Virus record (IMG/VR): IMGVR_UViG_3300012933_000183 | Location: 1 to 49,356 of that record | DNA: 49,356 nt | Source of the DNA: a virus | Lineage: Duplodnaviria > Caudoviricetes | Direction: 5' to 3' (one strand) | Part shown: piece after piece, positions 24,208 to 33,388 of the stretch | How the letters are laid out: each line of letters begins with the position of its first letter | Numbering within the stretch: position 1 is the first letter of the stretch | Translations under genes and position numbers: made by a program | Notes under the pieces: generated by a model | The model's database searches: none | Told to the model about the DNA's origin: nothing | The model's input: only the letters and a program-made list of their open reading frames with translations

Positions 24208-26508
24208 ATGCACAATATTAATGTTACAAAACGAGACGGTGTATCTGAACCGTTTGATGTGAACAAAATCCATAAGGTACTTGAGTGGGCCACAGAAGGT
24301 ATCAATGGTGTCTCTATTAGCGAGATTGAACTTAAAGCTAATATCCAAATTACAGAGAAGATGAAGACAGATGACATTCACGAGCTGCTCATCAAGTCTT
24401 CAGCAGAATTAATCTCTGAACAAACACCTAACTATCAATACGTTGCTGCTCGTCTTGTTAACTACAAGTTACGCAAGCAAGTTTATGGTGGTTATGAACC
24501 ATGGTCGTTGAACACAATCGTTATTCAGAACGTAATGCGTGGTGTTTATGATGGCCAAATTTTAAACGAATATGATGAACACGAATTCATGCAGCTTGAT
24601 AAACATATCAAGCACGATCGTGACAATGAATTCACATATGTCGGTATGGAACAATTCCGCGGTAAGTACTTAGTTCAAGATCGTTCTACTAAGACACCGT
24701 ATGAAACACCGCAGGTTCTATACATGTTGATTGCGATGAATCTCTTTATGCAATATCCTAAAGAGACTCGCTTAAAGTATGTAAAGGATTACTACGATGC
24801 AATTTCTCAGTTCTATATTAGCCTTCCTACCCCAATCATGGCTGGCCTTCGCACTACTACTCGCCAGTTTAGCAGCTGTGTGCTTATCGAGTCAGGTGAT
24901 TCTTTGGACTCCATCAATGCGACATCGACTTCCATTGTCCGCTACATTTCTAAGAAAGCTGGCATTGGTATCGGTGCTGGTGCAATTCGTGCTATTGGTA
25001 GTCGTATCGGTGACGGTTCTATTGTCCACACAGGGCTCATACCCTTTCTAAAGTATTTCCAAGCTGCGGTTAAATCATGTTCACAAGGCGGTGTACGTGG
25101 TGGTGCTGCAACAGTTTATCTTCCAGTTTGGCATCTCGAATTCGAAAGCCTTATCGTTCTTAAGAACAATAAAGGTACTGAGGAAAATCGAGTACGTCAT
25201 ATGGATTACTGTTTCCAATTCAATAAGACAATGTATGAACGTCTATTGACTGGTGGAAACATTACTCTATTCTCTCCACACGATGTACCTGATTTGTATG
25301 ATGCATTCTATGCAGATCAGGACAAGTTTAAGGAACTCTATCTTGCTTATGAAGCAGATGATAGTATCCGTAAGAAATCTATTCCAGCGATCGAAGTGTT
25401 CTCACAGTTCTTGACTGAACGTAAAGACACAGGTCGTATCTACCTAATGAACGTTGACCATGCAAATAGCCATGGTGCATTCATACCAGAAGTTGCTCCT
25501 ATTCGTATGAGCAATCTATGTACTGAAATCGATTTACCAACTACTGAACTTAAATCTGCGGAGGATACCGATGGCGAAATTAGTTTGTGCACTTTGTCTG
25601 CCACCAACTGGGGACTTATCAACGAACCAAAAGAATTCGAAAAGTACTGCGACCTCCAAGTCCGAGCACTCGACGAATTACTCGACTACCAATGGTACCC
25701 AGTACCAGCAGCAGAACGCGGAACGAAGAATCGCCGCCCTCTTGGCAACGGCATCATCAACCTCGCATACTTCCTTGCAAAGCGCGGATTAAAATATGAT
25801 GAGTCAGCTTTACCAGTTGTTGATGAATATGCAGAAGCATGGTCATACTATTTGATCAAAGCATCAGTGCAATTGGCTAAAGAAAAAGGCGCATGTCCTT
25901 TATGGAAAGAAACCAAGTACTCACTTGGATTAACACCAAATGATACATACAAGAAAGAAGTGGATGAATTAATTCCACATCAAGAACGTATGGATTGGTT
26001 CGATCTTCGTCAAGACTTGATCCACTTTGGTATTCGTAACTCTACTCTAATGGCATTGATGCCAGCAGAAACATCTGCACAGATCAGTAACTCAACAAAT
26101 GGTATCGAACCACCACGAGCATTGGTTTCATTTAAAGGTTCTAAAGACGGAATCATGGCACAAGTTGTACCAGGTTACCATAAGCTTAAGAACAACTATG
26201 ACTTACTGTGGGATCAAAAATCTCCAGAAGGTTACTTGAAGATTTGTGCTGTGCTTCAGAAGTATATCGATCAAGGTATCTCTGTAAATACATCATACAA
26301 TCCAGAGAATTATGAAGATCACAAAGTGCCAATGTCAGATATGATCAAGCACTTGGTAATGTTTTATAAGTATGGTGGTAAGCAACTCTATTACTTCAAT
26401 ACTCATGACGGTGCAGGTGAATTGCACGAGAAAGAGTTCAAAGCAATTGAAGATGAGCTTGCACAACCAGTTGATGGTGAAGATGATTGTGAGTCATGCA
26501 AGATCTAA
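24208..26508 (+). CDS. nrdA: Ribonucleotide reductase class Ia alpha subunit
   Basis: ATP cone VTKRDG, PTPIMAG, FSSC, SCSQGGVRGGA, SNLCTEI, KQLYY, C-terminal CESCKI. Confidence 0.97.
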   Translation: MHNINVTKRDGVSEPFDVNKIHKVLEWATEGINGVSISEIELKANIQITEKMKTDDIHELLIKSSAELISEQTPNYQYVAARLVNYKLRKQVYGGYEPWSLNTIVIQNVMRGVYDGQILNEYDEHEFMQLDKHIKHDRDNEFTYVGMEQFRGKYLVQDRSTKTPYETPQVLYMLIAMNLFMQYPKETRLKYVKDYYDAISQFYISLPTPIMAGLRTTTRQFSSCVLIESGDSLDSINATSTSIVRYISKKAGIGIGAGAIRAIGSRIGDGSIVHTGLIPFLKYFQAAVKSCSQGGVRGGAATVYLPVWHLEFESLIVLKNNKGTEENRVRHMDYCFQFNKTMYERLLTGGNITLFSPHDVPDLYDAFYADQDKFKELYLAYEADDSIRKKSIPAIEVFSQFLTERKDTGRIYLMNVDHANSHGAFIPEVAPIRMSNLCTEIDLPTTELKSAEDTDGEISLCTLSATNWGLINEPKEFEKYCDLQVRALDELLDYQWYPVPAAERGTKNRRPLGNGIINLAYFLAKRGLKYDESALPVVDEYAEAWSYYLIKASVQLAKEKGACPLWKETKYSLGLTPNDTYKKEVDELIPHQERMDWFDLRQDLIHFGIRNSTLMALMPAETSAQISNSTNGIEPPRALVSFKGSKDGIMAQVVPGYHKLKNNYDLLWDQKSPEGYLKICAVLQKYIDQGISVNTSYNPENYEDHKVPMSDMIKHLVMFYKYGGKQLYYFNTHDGAGELHEKEFKAIEDELAQPVDGEDDCESCKI

Positions 26509-26657
26509 AAGAGTTAGCTCTTAGTCGTTATGAAATCTGTAAGGTCTGTCCTAAAAAGACGGACCTTCTTAAAATAGAAAAATGTAAAGCGTGCGGGTGC
26601 ATCTTATATTTAAAATTAATTGTACCCGCTTTTAAATGTCCACTAGGAAAATGGTAA
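26496..26657 (+). CDS. Small Cys-rich protein (53 aa, DUF6171-like; not in ORF track)
   Basis: RYEICKVCP..KCKACGC..K..KCPLGKW; abuts the nrdB start. Confidence 0.7.
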   Translation: MQDLKELALSRYEICKVCPKKTDLLKIEKCKACGCILYLKLIVPAFKCPLGKW

Positions 26658-27782
26658 ATGTCATCAGTATTCAAATTAAAAACTAAAAGCCATCTAGAAT
26701 CACCAATGTTTTTCGGTGAATCAGTGGACATTGCGCGATATGATACGGTACGTTATAGTCAATTCGAAAAGATTACCGACAAACAATTAGGTTTCTTCTG
26801 GAGACCAGAGGAAGTTGATCTATCTAAAGATCGTAAAGACTTCCACGATTTGAATGATCATGAACAACACATCTTCACATCAAATCTTAAGCGACAGATC
26901 TTGCTTGATTCTGTACAAGGACGTTCACCTAATCTAGCATTTCTTCCAATGGCATCTGTGCCAGAATTAGAAGTGATGGTAGAAACATGGGCATTCTTCG
27001 AGACGATTCATTCACGATCATATACACATATTATTAGGAACGTTTATGCTAACCCTTCAATCGTGTTTGACGAAATTAAAAACATTCAGCCAATTCTTGA
27101 TTGTGCTCATGATATTAGTGTTTACTATGACGAGTTTATTTCTTATTCTCGATATTTCGAATTACTTGGCGTCGGTACTCATACAGTCAATGGGGAAACT
27201 ATTGTCGTTGATCTTTATGAGTTAAAGAAAAAATTATTCCTATGTTTGATGAGCGTATACATACTTGAAGGTATTCGTTTCTATGTGTCATTCGCATGCT
27301 CATGGGCATTTGCTGAACTCAAGAAGATGGAAGGCAACGCTAAGGTAATTAAGTTCATCGCTCGTGATGAGAACACACACTTAGCTGCAAGCACTTCAAT
27401 CATTAAGCATCTACTGAAAGATGATCAAGATATTGCACGTATCCGTCAAGAGACAGAGAAGCAAGTCGAAGACATGTTTAAAGGTGCTATTGAACAAGAA
27501 AAAGAATGGGCAAAATACCTATTCAAAGACGGTTCAATGATCGGTCTAAATGAAAAATTACTTGGCGATTATGTAGAGTGGATTGGTTCTCGTCGTATGC
27601 GTGCACTATCATATCACTGTCCATATAGCGTATCACAATCTAATCCATTGCCATGGACTGAGAAGTGGATTGGTGGTGGTAATGTTCAAGTAGCTCCACA
27701 AGAAACGGAAATTACATCATACATTACTGGTGGCGTCAAGCAAGACGTATCAGCAGAAACAATGAAAGGACTTTCTTTATGA
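26658..27782 (+). CDS. nrdB: Ribonucleotide reductase class Ia beta subunit
   Basis: FFWRPEEV, LLDSVQGR, ETIHSRSY, EGIRFYVSF, RDENTH, VAPQETEITSY. Confidence 0.97.
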   Translation: MSSVFKLKTKSHLESPMFFGESVDIARYDTVRYSQFEKITDKQLGFFWRPEEVDLSKDRKDFHDLNDHEQHIFTSNLKRQILLDSVQGRSPNLAFLPMASVPELEVMVETWAFFETIHSRSYTHIIRNVYANPSIVFDEIKNIQPILDCAHDISVYYDEFISYSRYFELLGVGTHTVNGETIVVDLYELKKKLFLCLMSVYILEGIRFYVSFACSWAFAELKKMEGNAKVIKFIARDENTHLAASTSIIKHLLKDDQDIARIRQETEKQVEDMFKGAIEQEKEWAKYLFKDGSMIGLNEKLLGDYVEWIGSRRMRALSYHCPYSVSQSNPLPWTEKWIGGGNVQVAPQETEITSYITGGVKQDVSAETMKGLSL

Positions 27783-28015
27783 AGCTTATTGTATACTCAA
27801 AAACGGTATGTCCGTATTGTGTACAAGCAAAAAAATTATTAGAATCAAAGGGTATCGAATATGTCGAGATCAACATTGAATCTAATGCTCAAGGGCGAGA
27901 TCAACTATTAGAACAGGGTTTGCGTTCAGTTCCACAGATTTTTAATGGTGCCGAACTAATTGGTGGTTTCGATAAATTAAAAACATGGATAGAACTAAAA
28001 GAACAAACTCTATGA
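27779..28015 (+). CDS. nrdC: Glutaredoxin
   Basis: CPYC, RSVPQIF, IGGF. Confidence 0.9.
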   Translation: MKLIVYSKTVCPYCVQAKKLLESKGIEYVEINIESNAQGRDQLLEQGLRSVPQIFNGAELIGGFDKLKTWIELKEQTL

Positions 28016-28203
28016 CAAAGAAACAAATGGAATGCATCACATGTGGTGCTGAAGCAACCATTGATTATGATGAAGATCAGATCAATGAGGATCCTAATTA
28101 TTGTCCATTCTGTGGATCATCATATATAGAAGATGAGCTAGATGATAATCTAGACATTCTTAAGAATGGTGGTTACGACGATGACATGGATGCACAATGG
28201 TAA
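28012..28203 (+). CDS. Small acidic zinc-ribbon protein
   Basis: CITC ... YCPFCG, acidic tail. Confidence 0.65.
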   Translation: MTKKQMECITCGAEATIDYDEDQINEDPNYCPFCGSSYIEDELDDNLDILKNGGYDDDMDAQW

Positions 28204-28597
28204 GCCTTACGAATTAGGCGAACAAACACACAAAGAGGTATACGGTTTCGTATACCTTATTACTTGTAAACTTACAAACAAAAAGTATGTTGGTAAAAAA
28301 CTATTTTGGTCTAGTAAGACTAAGCAAGTAAACGGTAAAAAGAAAAAGATCAAGGTCGAATCTGATTGGCAAACATACTTCGGATCAAACAAAGTATTGA
28401 TCGAGGATGTTGCAAAGAACGGTGAAGACAACTACATACGCGAGATTTTGCACTTGTGTAAAGGTAAAGGCGAATGCAATTACTTAGAAGCGCATGAACA
28501 ATTTACTCGCAATGTGTTGACTAGCAGTGAATACTACAACGAGTGGATTATGGTTAAAGTCCATCAGGCCCACATTAAAGGTTTACAGCAGACTTAA
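28181..28597 (+). CDS. GIY-YIG family endonuclease
   Basis: YGFVYLIT..KYVGKK, ESDWQTYFGS, REIL, LE, YYN. Confidence 0.8.
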   Translation: MTWMHNGKPYELGEQTHKEVYGFVYLITCKLTNKKYVGKKLFWSSKTKQVNGKKKKIKVESDWQTYFGSNKVLIEDVAKNGEDNYIREILHLCKGKGECNYLEAHEQFTRNVLTSSEYYNEWIMVKVHQAHIKGLQQT

Positions 28598-28610
28598 ATT
28601 ATGGTATAAT
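28582..28610 (+). promoter_or_regulatory. Early promoter of rnh
   Basis: gTTTACA-17 nt-TATAAT. Confidence 0.8.
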
Positions 28611-28616
28611 TACAGT

Positions 28617-29468
28617 ATGATTATCATTGACTACTCCCAAATTTCCATCGCAGCTTTCTATGCTCAGCCACATGCTGAACTCACAGAGGCATTCATGCGC
28701 CATCTAATCCTCAACACGATTCGCATGTATGCTAAGAAGCATAAAGCAGAATACGGTCAAATCGTTATCGCTTGTGACGGTGGTAATACATGGCGTAAGC
28801 GTGTGTTCCCTCAATACAAAGCTCATCGCAAGAAAGCACGCGAAGAATCTGGCCTTGATTGGAAACTCTTCTTCGAGATTCTTAACACCGTGCGTGACGA
28901 GATCCAAGAAAACTTCCCATATAAAGTTATCAAGATTGACGGTGCCGAGGCTGATGACGTGATCGCTACATTGGTAGAGACTACACAAGAGTTTGGCAAG
29001 AACGAACCTGTCATGATCATCTCATCTGACGGTGACTTCATTCAATTGCATAAATACAAAAATGTCAAACAGTTCTCACCAACACAGAAGAAAATGGTTG
29101 CCGACTCCAACCCTCGTCTCTACCTCTTTGAGCATATTGTTCGTGGTGATAAAGGCGATGGCATTCCTAATATTCTTTCTGCCGATAATTGCCTTGTTGA
29201 AGGTGTACGACAAAAGAATATCACGCAAGACAAGTTAGACGCTTGGATCAAGAATGCTGAGAATCTTAAGGATACGATGGATGAGAACACATACCGTAAT
29301 TTCCAACGTAACCAACAATTGATTGACTTCCGTCATATTCCAAAAGAGATCGTTGAAAGTATTATAAATACATACGAGAACCAAGAGGTTGCACCTCGTG
29401 GACGTATTCTAAATTATCTAATCCAAAAACGTTGCAAAATGTTGGTCGATTCAGTTCAAGAGTTTTAA
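28617..29468 (+). CDS. rnh: T4-type RNase H (5'-3' exonuclease)
   Basis: IIIDYSQI, YKAHR, EADDVIA, SSDGDFIQL, GDKGDGIPN. Confidence 0.95.
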   Translation: MIIIDYSQISIAAFYAQPHAELTEAFMRHLILNTIRMYAKKHKAEYGQIVIACDGGNTWRKRVFPQYKAHRKKAREESGLDWKLFFEILNTVRDEIQENFPYKVIKIDGAEADDVIATLVETTQEFGKNEPVMIISSDGDFIQLHKYKNVKQFSPTQKKMVADSNPRLYLFEHIVRGDKGDGIPNILSADNCLVEGVRQKNITQDKLDAWIKNAENLKDTMDENTYRNFQRNQQLIDFRHIPKEIVESIINTYENQEVAPRGRILNYLIQKRCKMLVDSVQEF

Positions 29469-29471
29469 TAA

Positions 29472-29906
29472 ATGGCAAAAAAATTATTAGTTAGTGAAGT
29501 GTTTGAATTAGTTTCTAAGGCTGATGCACGCAAGGACAAAATTGAAATCCTTCGCAAGCATAATACACTTGAGTTACGTGACATCCTTAAAGGTGCATTC
29601 GATGATACTGTTCAGTTCATCTTACCAAAAGGTGTACCACCAATTGAAGAAGACCAAAAGAAACTCTACGATAAAGTACGTCTCGTAACTGAAACTAAAA
29701 AGTTTAGATACTTTGTTAAAGGTGGACCAGGTGAACAAGTAAATCCATTGCGCAGAGAAAAGATGTTCATTGACATTTGCTATAGAATCGATAGTAAAGA
29801 AGTTGAGTTAGTATGTCACATGAAAGACAAAACACTCGATGGAGTTTACAAAGGTTTAACGAAAAAACTTGTCCAAGAAGCGTTCCCAGGACTCATCGTT
29901 AAATAA
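29472..29906 (+). CDS. Conserved hypothetical protein (DUF6433-like)
   Basis: LPKGVPP, RREKMFI, KDK, GLTKKLVQEAFP; TATAAATA at 29363-29370 upstream. Confidence 0.65.
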   Translation: MAKKLLVSEVFELVSKADARKDKIEILRKHNTLELRDILKGAFDDTVQFILPKGVPPIEEDQKKLYDKVRLVTETKKFRYFVKGGPGEQVNPLRREKMFIDICYRIDSKEVELVCHMKDKTLDGVYKGLTKKLVQEAFPGLIVK

Positions 29907-29942
29907 ATAAAAGTATGAAACGCTTTCACACAGCATAACACG

Positions 29943-29977
29943 GCGGACCAGATCTTAATTGATCGTGGTCCGTTTTT
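29943..29977 (+). terminator. Hairpin with T-run
   Basis: GCGGACCA-GATC-ttaatt-GATC-g-TGGTCCGT-tttt. Confidence 0.65.
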
Positions 29978-30056
29978 CATTTCCACAGGAGACAAATCAC
30001 CAAACAAATCTATATCATGTGTTCTTAACAAAAGTTACAATCCAATAGGAGAGAGT

Positions 30057-30224
30057 ATGGTTCCTTCACAATTAGAAAAATTAAAACGCGATTCAAAAGA
30101 GCTTGAGTATTGCATAGCTCGAATGAAAAAAGAGGGTCGAAGTGACAAAGTAAGTCAATTCCAAATCAAGAAGGCACAAGTCGATTCGTTCATCGACAAA
30201 GCACAAGAATACAAATACCACTGA
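30057..30224 (+). CDS. Small hypothetical protein (55 aa; not in ORF track)
   Basis: AGGAGA RBS; MVPSQLEKLKRDSKELEYCIARMKKEGR... Confidence 0.6.
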   Translation: MVPSQLEKLKRDSKELEYCIARMKKEGRSDKVSQFQIKKAQVDSFIDKAQEYKYH

Positions 30225-30244
30225 AAGTAGGTGATCAATATCTC

Positions 30245-30272
30245 GGCACAGGGAACTTCGGTTCCCTGTGTT
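30245..30272 (+). terminator. cUUCGg tetraloop hairpin
   Basis: GGCACAGGGAAC-TTCG-GTTCCCTGTGTT, typical of T4-like phages. Confidence 0.75.
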
Positions 30273-30287
30273 CGCTTTAGTACTACA

Positions 30288-30316
30288 TTTACAACATGCA
30301 AAAAGTATGGTATAAT
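30288..30316 (+). promoter_or_regulatory. Early promoter
   Basis: TTTACA-17 nt-TATAAT. Confidence 0.8.
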
Positions 30317-30323
30317 TCTATCC

Positions 30324-30662
30324 ATGCTGATCTATACTAATCAAACAACTCGCAAAAAGAAGCGTAAACCAACTGCTAAGCAACGTGAACTTGCTGCATC
30401 ATGGGACGCTCTCATCAAAAAGTATGAACCTAAGAAGGCACTGAAAGCAGTAGCACCTAAGGTCATTACATCAAAGCAGTATGTACGTGAGACACCTCAC
30501 TATCCATCACTCAATAGCGGTTATCATGACACCGCAAAGAAACCACAGCAACAGTACACTGGCACCAAAATGATTGGTATCGGCACACTGCACAAATCTA
30601 ATGCAGTGCCAGTTTTTAGCGAAGACGATGCTAAAGAAATCTCGCGCATGCGTCGCGGTTAA
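30324..30662 (+). CDS. Basic hypothetical protein
   Basis: C-terminal IGIGTLHKSNAVPVF..EISRMRR; ATG immediately after the promoter (probably leaderless). Confidence 0.7.
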   Translation: MLIYTNQTTRKKKRKPTAKQRELAASWDALIKKYEPKKALKAVAPKVITSKQYVRETPHYPSLNSGYHDTAKKPQQQYTGTKMIGIGTLHKSNAVPVFSEDDAKEISRMRRG

Positions 30663-30688
30663 TCTCCAGATTTTTTCCAAGGTGAAAT

Positions 30689-30745
30689 AGCGCGGGGGGC
30701 ACCCCGGGCCCCCTAACGCACCCCAAGTCACGGGGCCCCTTTTTT
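30689..30745 (+). other. GC-rich structured intergenic element ending in a T-run
   Basis: G/C runs with several complementary pairings in an AT-rich genome. Confidence 0.6.
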
Positions 30746-30761
30746 AGTACTTTTGACTTAA

Positions 30762-30790
30762 TGTACAACATGTAAAAAGTGTGGTATAAT
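30762..30790 (+). promoter_or_regulatory. Early promoter
   Basis: TGTACA-17 nt-TATAAT. Confidence 0.85.
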
Positions 30791-30815
30791 AAATCCATAA
30801 ATTGAAAGAGCTAAC

Positions 30816-31034
30816 ATGGTAATTAGAGCAAAACAGATCGCTGAAGAACTTGTCATTGACCTCACTGGTCCAGATGGTAATGCATACGCCTTGATGGGAT
30901 ATGCGCAACGTTTTGCTCGTCAACTCAATCTTGATGGTAAAGCAATTATCGCTGAAATGATGAGCGGTGATTATGAGAACTTGTTGGAAGTGTTCGACAA
31001 GCATTTTGGTGATTTTGTGATATTGGAACGATAA
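30816..31034 (+). CDS. Conserved small phage protein
   Basis: IDLTGPDGNAYALMG..SGDYENL. Confidence 0.7.
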   Translation: MVIRAKQIAEELVIDLTGPDGNAYALMGYAQRFARQLNLDGKAIIAEMMSGDYENLLEVFDKHFGDFVILER

Positions 31035-31540
31035 TGACAATTCGATGGATTGAGAACGTCGCTTGGGACGATGTTAAGAATGGTTGGCATTCTGACATGG
31101 GTGAGAATGCTATGCTGATCCAAATCATGGATCCTCCAGGCAATTTCCCAACTCCTAAAAAGCAATTCAAAGAAGTTCATCAGTTTGACTTCCTTGACAT
31201 TGAAGATAACGATGTTAGGATGGATCCAAACATTGGTGAATTTGCAATTAATGAAGAACAAGCTGCAGAACTAGTTCGTTTGCTGCAACACGCAATGGAC
31301 AATTCAATGAACGTATTGGTTCATTGCTATGCAGGTATCTGCCGAAGCGGTGCAGTTTGTGAAGTTGGTACATTGTTAGGTTTTACAGCGACAGATCGCT
31401 ATCGTCAACCTAACCTTCGAGTAAAGCACATGATGATGCGCAAACTCGGAATGTATTATGACGAGAATGAGGAGTCTAAAGGCACTGGTGGAAGTATCAG
31501 TGCTGGTGGAATTCTCATTTCATATAAGGATGAATATTGA
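31034..31540 (+). CDS. Cys-dependent (PTP/DSP-fold) phosphatase
   Basis: VLVHCYAGICRS (CX5R), FLDIED. Confidence 0.85.
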   Translation: MTIRWIENVAWDDVKNGWHSDMGENAMLIQIMDPPGNFPTPKKQFKEVHQFDFLDIEDNDVRMDPNIGEFAINEEQAAELVRLLQHAMDNSMNVLVHCYAGICRSGAVCEVGTLLGFTATDRYRQPNLRVKHMMMRKLGMYYDENEESKGTGGSISAGGILISYKDEY

Positions 31541-32412
31541 TGTTGTTAAGTGAATTACAAGAATACGTGCAAACATCTGACCTAGTGTCCATGAAGGACG
31601 TAGGCAATGGTTTACGAGTGTTGAAGTACAAGCGTAAGGTGTTTTACGATGGTTTGTGGAATGAGCATCTTGAAGAATGTCGTGGCTTAATTGTTGATGA
31701 AGAATTCAACATTGTGAGTTATCCATTCACAAAGATCTACAACTACGGTATAGAAAAGAATGCACCAACAATTGCACCAGATGAAATGGTTCAAGCAATG
31801 CGTAAAGTGAATGGCTTTATGGTTGCTGTGACTTGGTACAAAGGTGATATTCTTGTGTCAACTACAGGTTCTATTGATTCTGACTATGTGAAGATGGCTC
31901 GTGAATTGATCGAACCACATATTGATCGATATCGCGAAACATGTTCTGACAATCCACGTTATACTTTCATGTTTGAATGTGTGCATCGTAATGATCCACA
32001 TATCATTCCAGAAAAAGAAGGTATGTACTTCCTAGGTGCTCGCATCAAGGAATTGGGTTCTCATATCATGACTAGCTTCTTCTTGCCATCAGAATTCAAT
32101 GCTGAACACGTTGAATCGATGTGGGCACCAATGGAATATGTAAAGATCATCGCTAAGCATGTTAAGCATGAAGGCTTTGTGATTTATGCTCCAGGTAATG
32201 TTGCAACAAAGATCAAGTCACCATATTACTTGGTGAAGAAGTTTGTTGCACGCAATCCACGCACAGACAAGTTGATGCGACCAGACATCAAGAACAATTT
32301 AGATGAAGAATATTATCCATTGATCGATGCTATCCAAGCAAATATTGAAGAATACACTGCTATGGATGAACAAGTACGGTTGCAATGGGTACGAGAATTT
32401 TTGGAGAAATAA
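31537..32412 (+). CDS. RNA ligase (Rnl1-like)
   Basis: ECRGL, YPFTKIYNYG, RKVNGF (motif I), TFMFE, HEGFV, KIKSPYY. Confidence 0.85.
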   Translation: MMLLSELQEYVQTSDLVSMKDVGNGLRVLKYKRKVFYDGLWNEHLEECRGLIVDEEFNIVSYPFTKIYNYGIEKNAPTIAPDEMVQAMRKVNGFMVAVTWYKGDILVSTTGSIDSDYVKMARELIEPHIDRYRETCSDNPRYTFMFECVHRNDPHIIPEKEGMYFLGARIKELGSHIMTSFFLPSEFNAEHVESMWAPMEYVKIIAKHVKHEGFVIYAPGNVATKIKSPYYLVKKFVARNPRTDKLMRPDIKNNLDEEYYPLIDAIQANIEEYTAMDEQVRLQWVREFLEK

Positions 32413-32970
32413 ATGGCAGATTTTATTACAAGTGACATCCACTTTGGTCATAAGAACATTATGACATTTTGTCCAGTGACACGTGCACGATTTAAGAACG
32501 ACGTCGAATTCATGAATGCTGAAATCATTCGTGAATGGAATCAGATCGTAACTCCGCACGACCACACATACATCTTAGGTGATGTGGCATTTTGTGCAAC
32601 ACCACGAGCAGTTAATTTCTTAAACCAAATGAACGGTACTAAGACATTAGTTGTTGGTAACCATGACACAAAATTAATCAAGGATCAAGCATTCGTTGAC
32701 TGTTTTGTTGAAGTTACACCTTATAAGTCTATCACTATTGATGGAACTAAAGTTGTGATGTTCCATTATCCTATTGCAGAATGGGACCAAATGCATCGTG
32801 GTGCTGTACACTTCCATGGTCACTTACACGGTGGCAAGAGTGGATTAGAAGGTTCACGTGCATTAGACGTTGGCATGGATGCAACCGGTGTAGTAGTTTC
32901 AAGAGTTGATGCATTAGTCCAATTCGCATTACGCGGTGTGATTCGTAGTCATCATCAAAAGGGTGAATAA
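32413..32970 (+). CDS. Calcineurin-like metallophosphoesterase
   Basis: SDIHFGH, LGD, GNHD, HYP, HGHLH, DVGMD. Confidence 0.9.
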   Translation: MADFITSDIHFGHKNIMTFCPVTRARFKNDVEFMNAEIIREWNQIVTPHDHTYILGDVAFCATPRAVNFLNQMNGTKTLVVGNHDTKLIKDQAFVDCFVEVTPYKSITIDGTKVVMFHYPIAEWDQMHRGAVHFHGHLHGGKSGLEGSRALDVGMDATGVVVSRVDALVQFALRGVIRSHHQKGE

Positions 32971-32971
32971 T

Positions 32972-33367
32972 ATGAAAATGATTTTAGTACGAGGTTTACC
33001 AGGTTCTGGTAAGTCTACAATTGCAAAGAACTTGATCGGTTGGTATTGGCATTTGGAAACAGATCAATTCTGGATGAAGGATGGTGAATACAAGTTTGAT
33101 GCCGCTAAGTTGGGTGAAGCTCATAAGTGGTGTCAAGATGAAACTCGCAATCTGATGAATCGAGGTTTTAGTCCTGTAGTGTCTAACACATTCACTACAC
33201 GCAAAGAACTACAACCTTATTTTGATATTGCTAAAGAGTTTCATATTGTGCCACAAGTGATTTTGTGTCAAGCCCAATACGGCAATATCCATAATGTGCC
33301 AGAGGAAACTCTGAAGCGTATGGCTGCCCGCTTTGAATATGACATCTCGGACATGTACAGCATGTAA
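32972..33367 (+). CDS. P-loop kinase (polynucleotide kinase-like, AAA_33)
   Basis: RGLPGSGKST, ETD, VVSNT, HNVP..M..RFE. Confidence 0.85.
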   Translation: MKMILVRGLPGSGKSTIAKNLIGWYWHLETDQFWMKDGEYKFDAAKLGEAHKWCQDETRNLMNRGFSPVVSNTFTTRKELQPYFDIAKEFHIVPQVILCQAQYGNIHNVPEETLKRMAARFEYDISDMYSM

Positions 33368-33382
33368 AAAGTGTGGTATAAT
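33354..33382 (+). promoter_or_regulatory. Early promoter of DNA ligase
   Basis: TGTACA-17 nt-TATAAT. Confidence 0.85.
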
Positions 33383-33388
33383 AATCCT

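Noticed and set aside
25571-25799. Two alternative-frame ORFs inside nrdA in a patch of C-ending codons
   Set aside because: No convincing RBS or protein features; explained by local codon bias, though not strictly excluded
24208-27782. Introns or inteins in nrdA/nrdB (also checked by length in gp41 and uvsX)
   Set aside because: ORFs are continuous and of normal length
28181-28597. Mobile homing endonuclease
   Set aside because: Short catalytic domain only, no DNA-binding extension and no interrupted host gene; more like a resident nuclease
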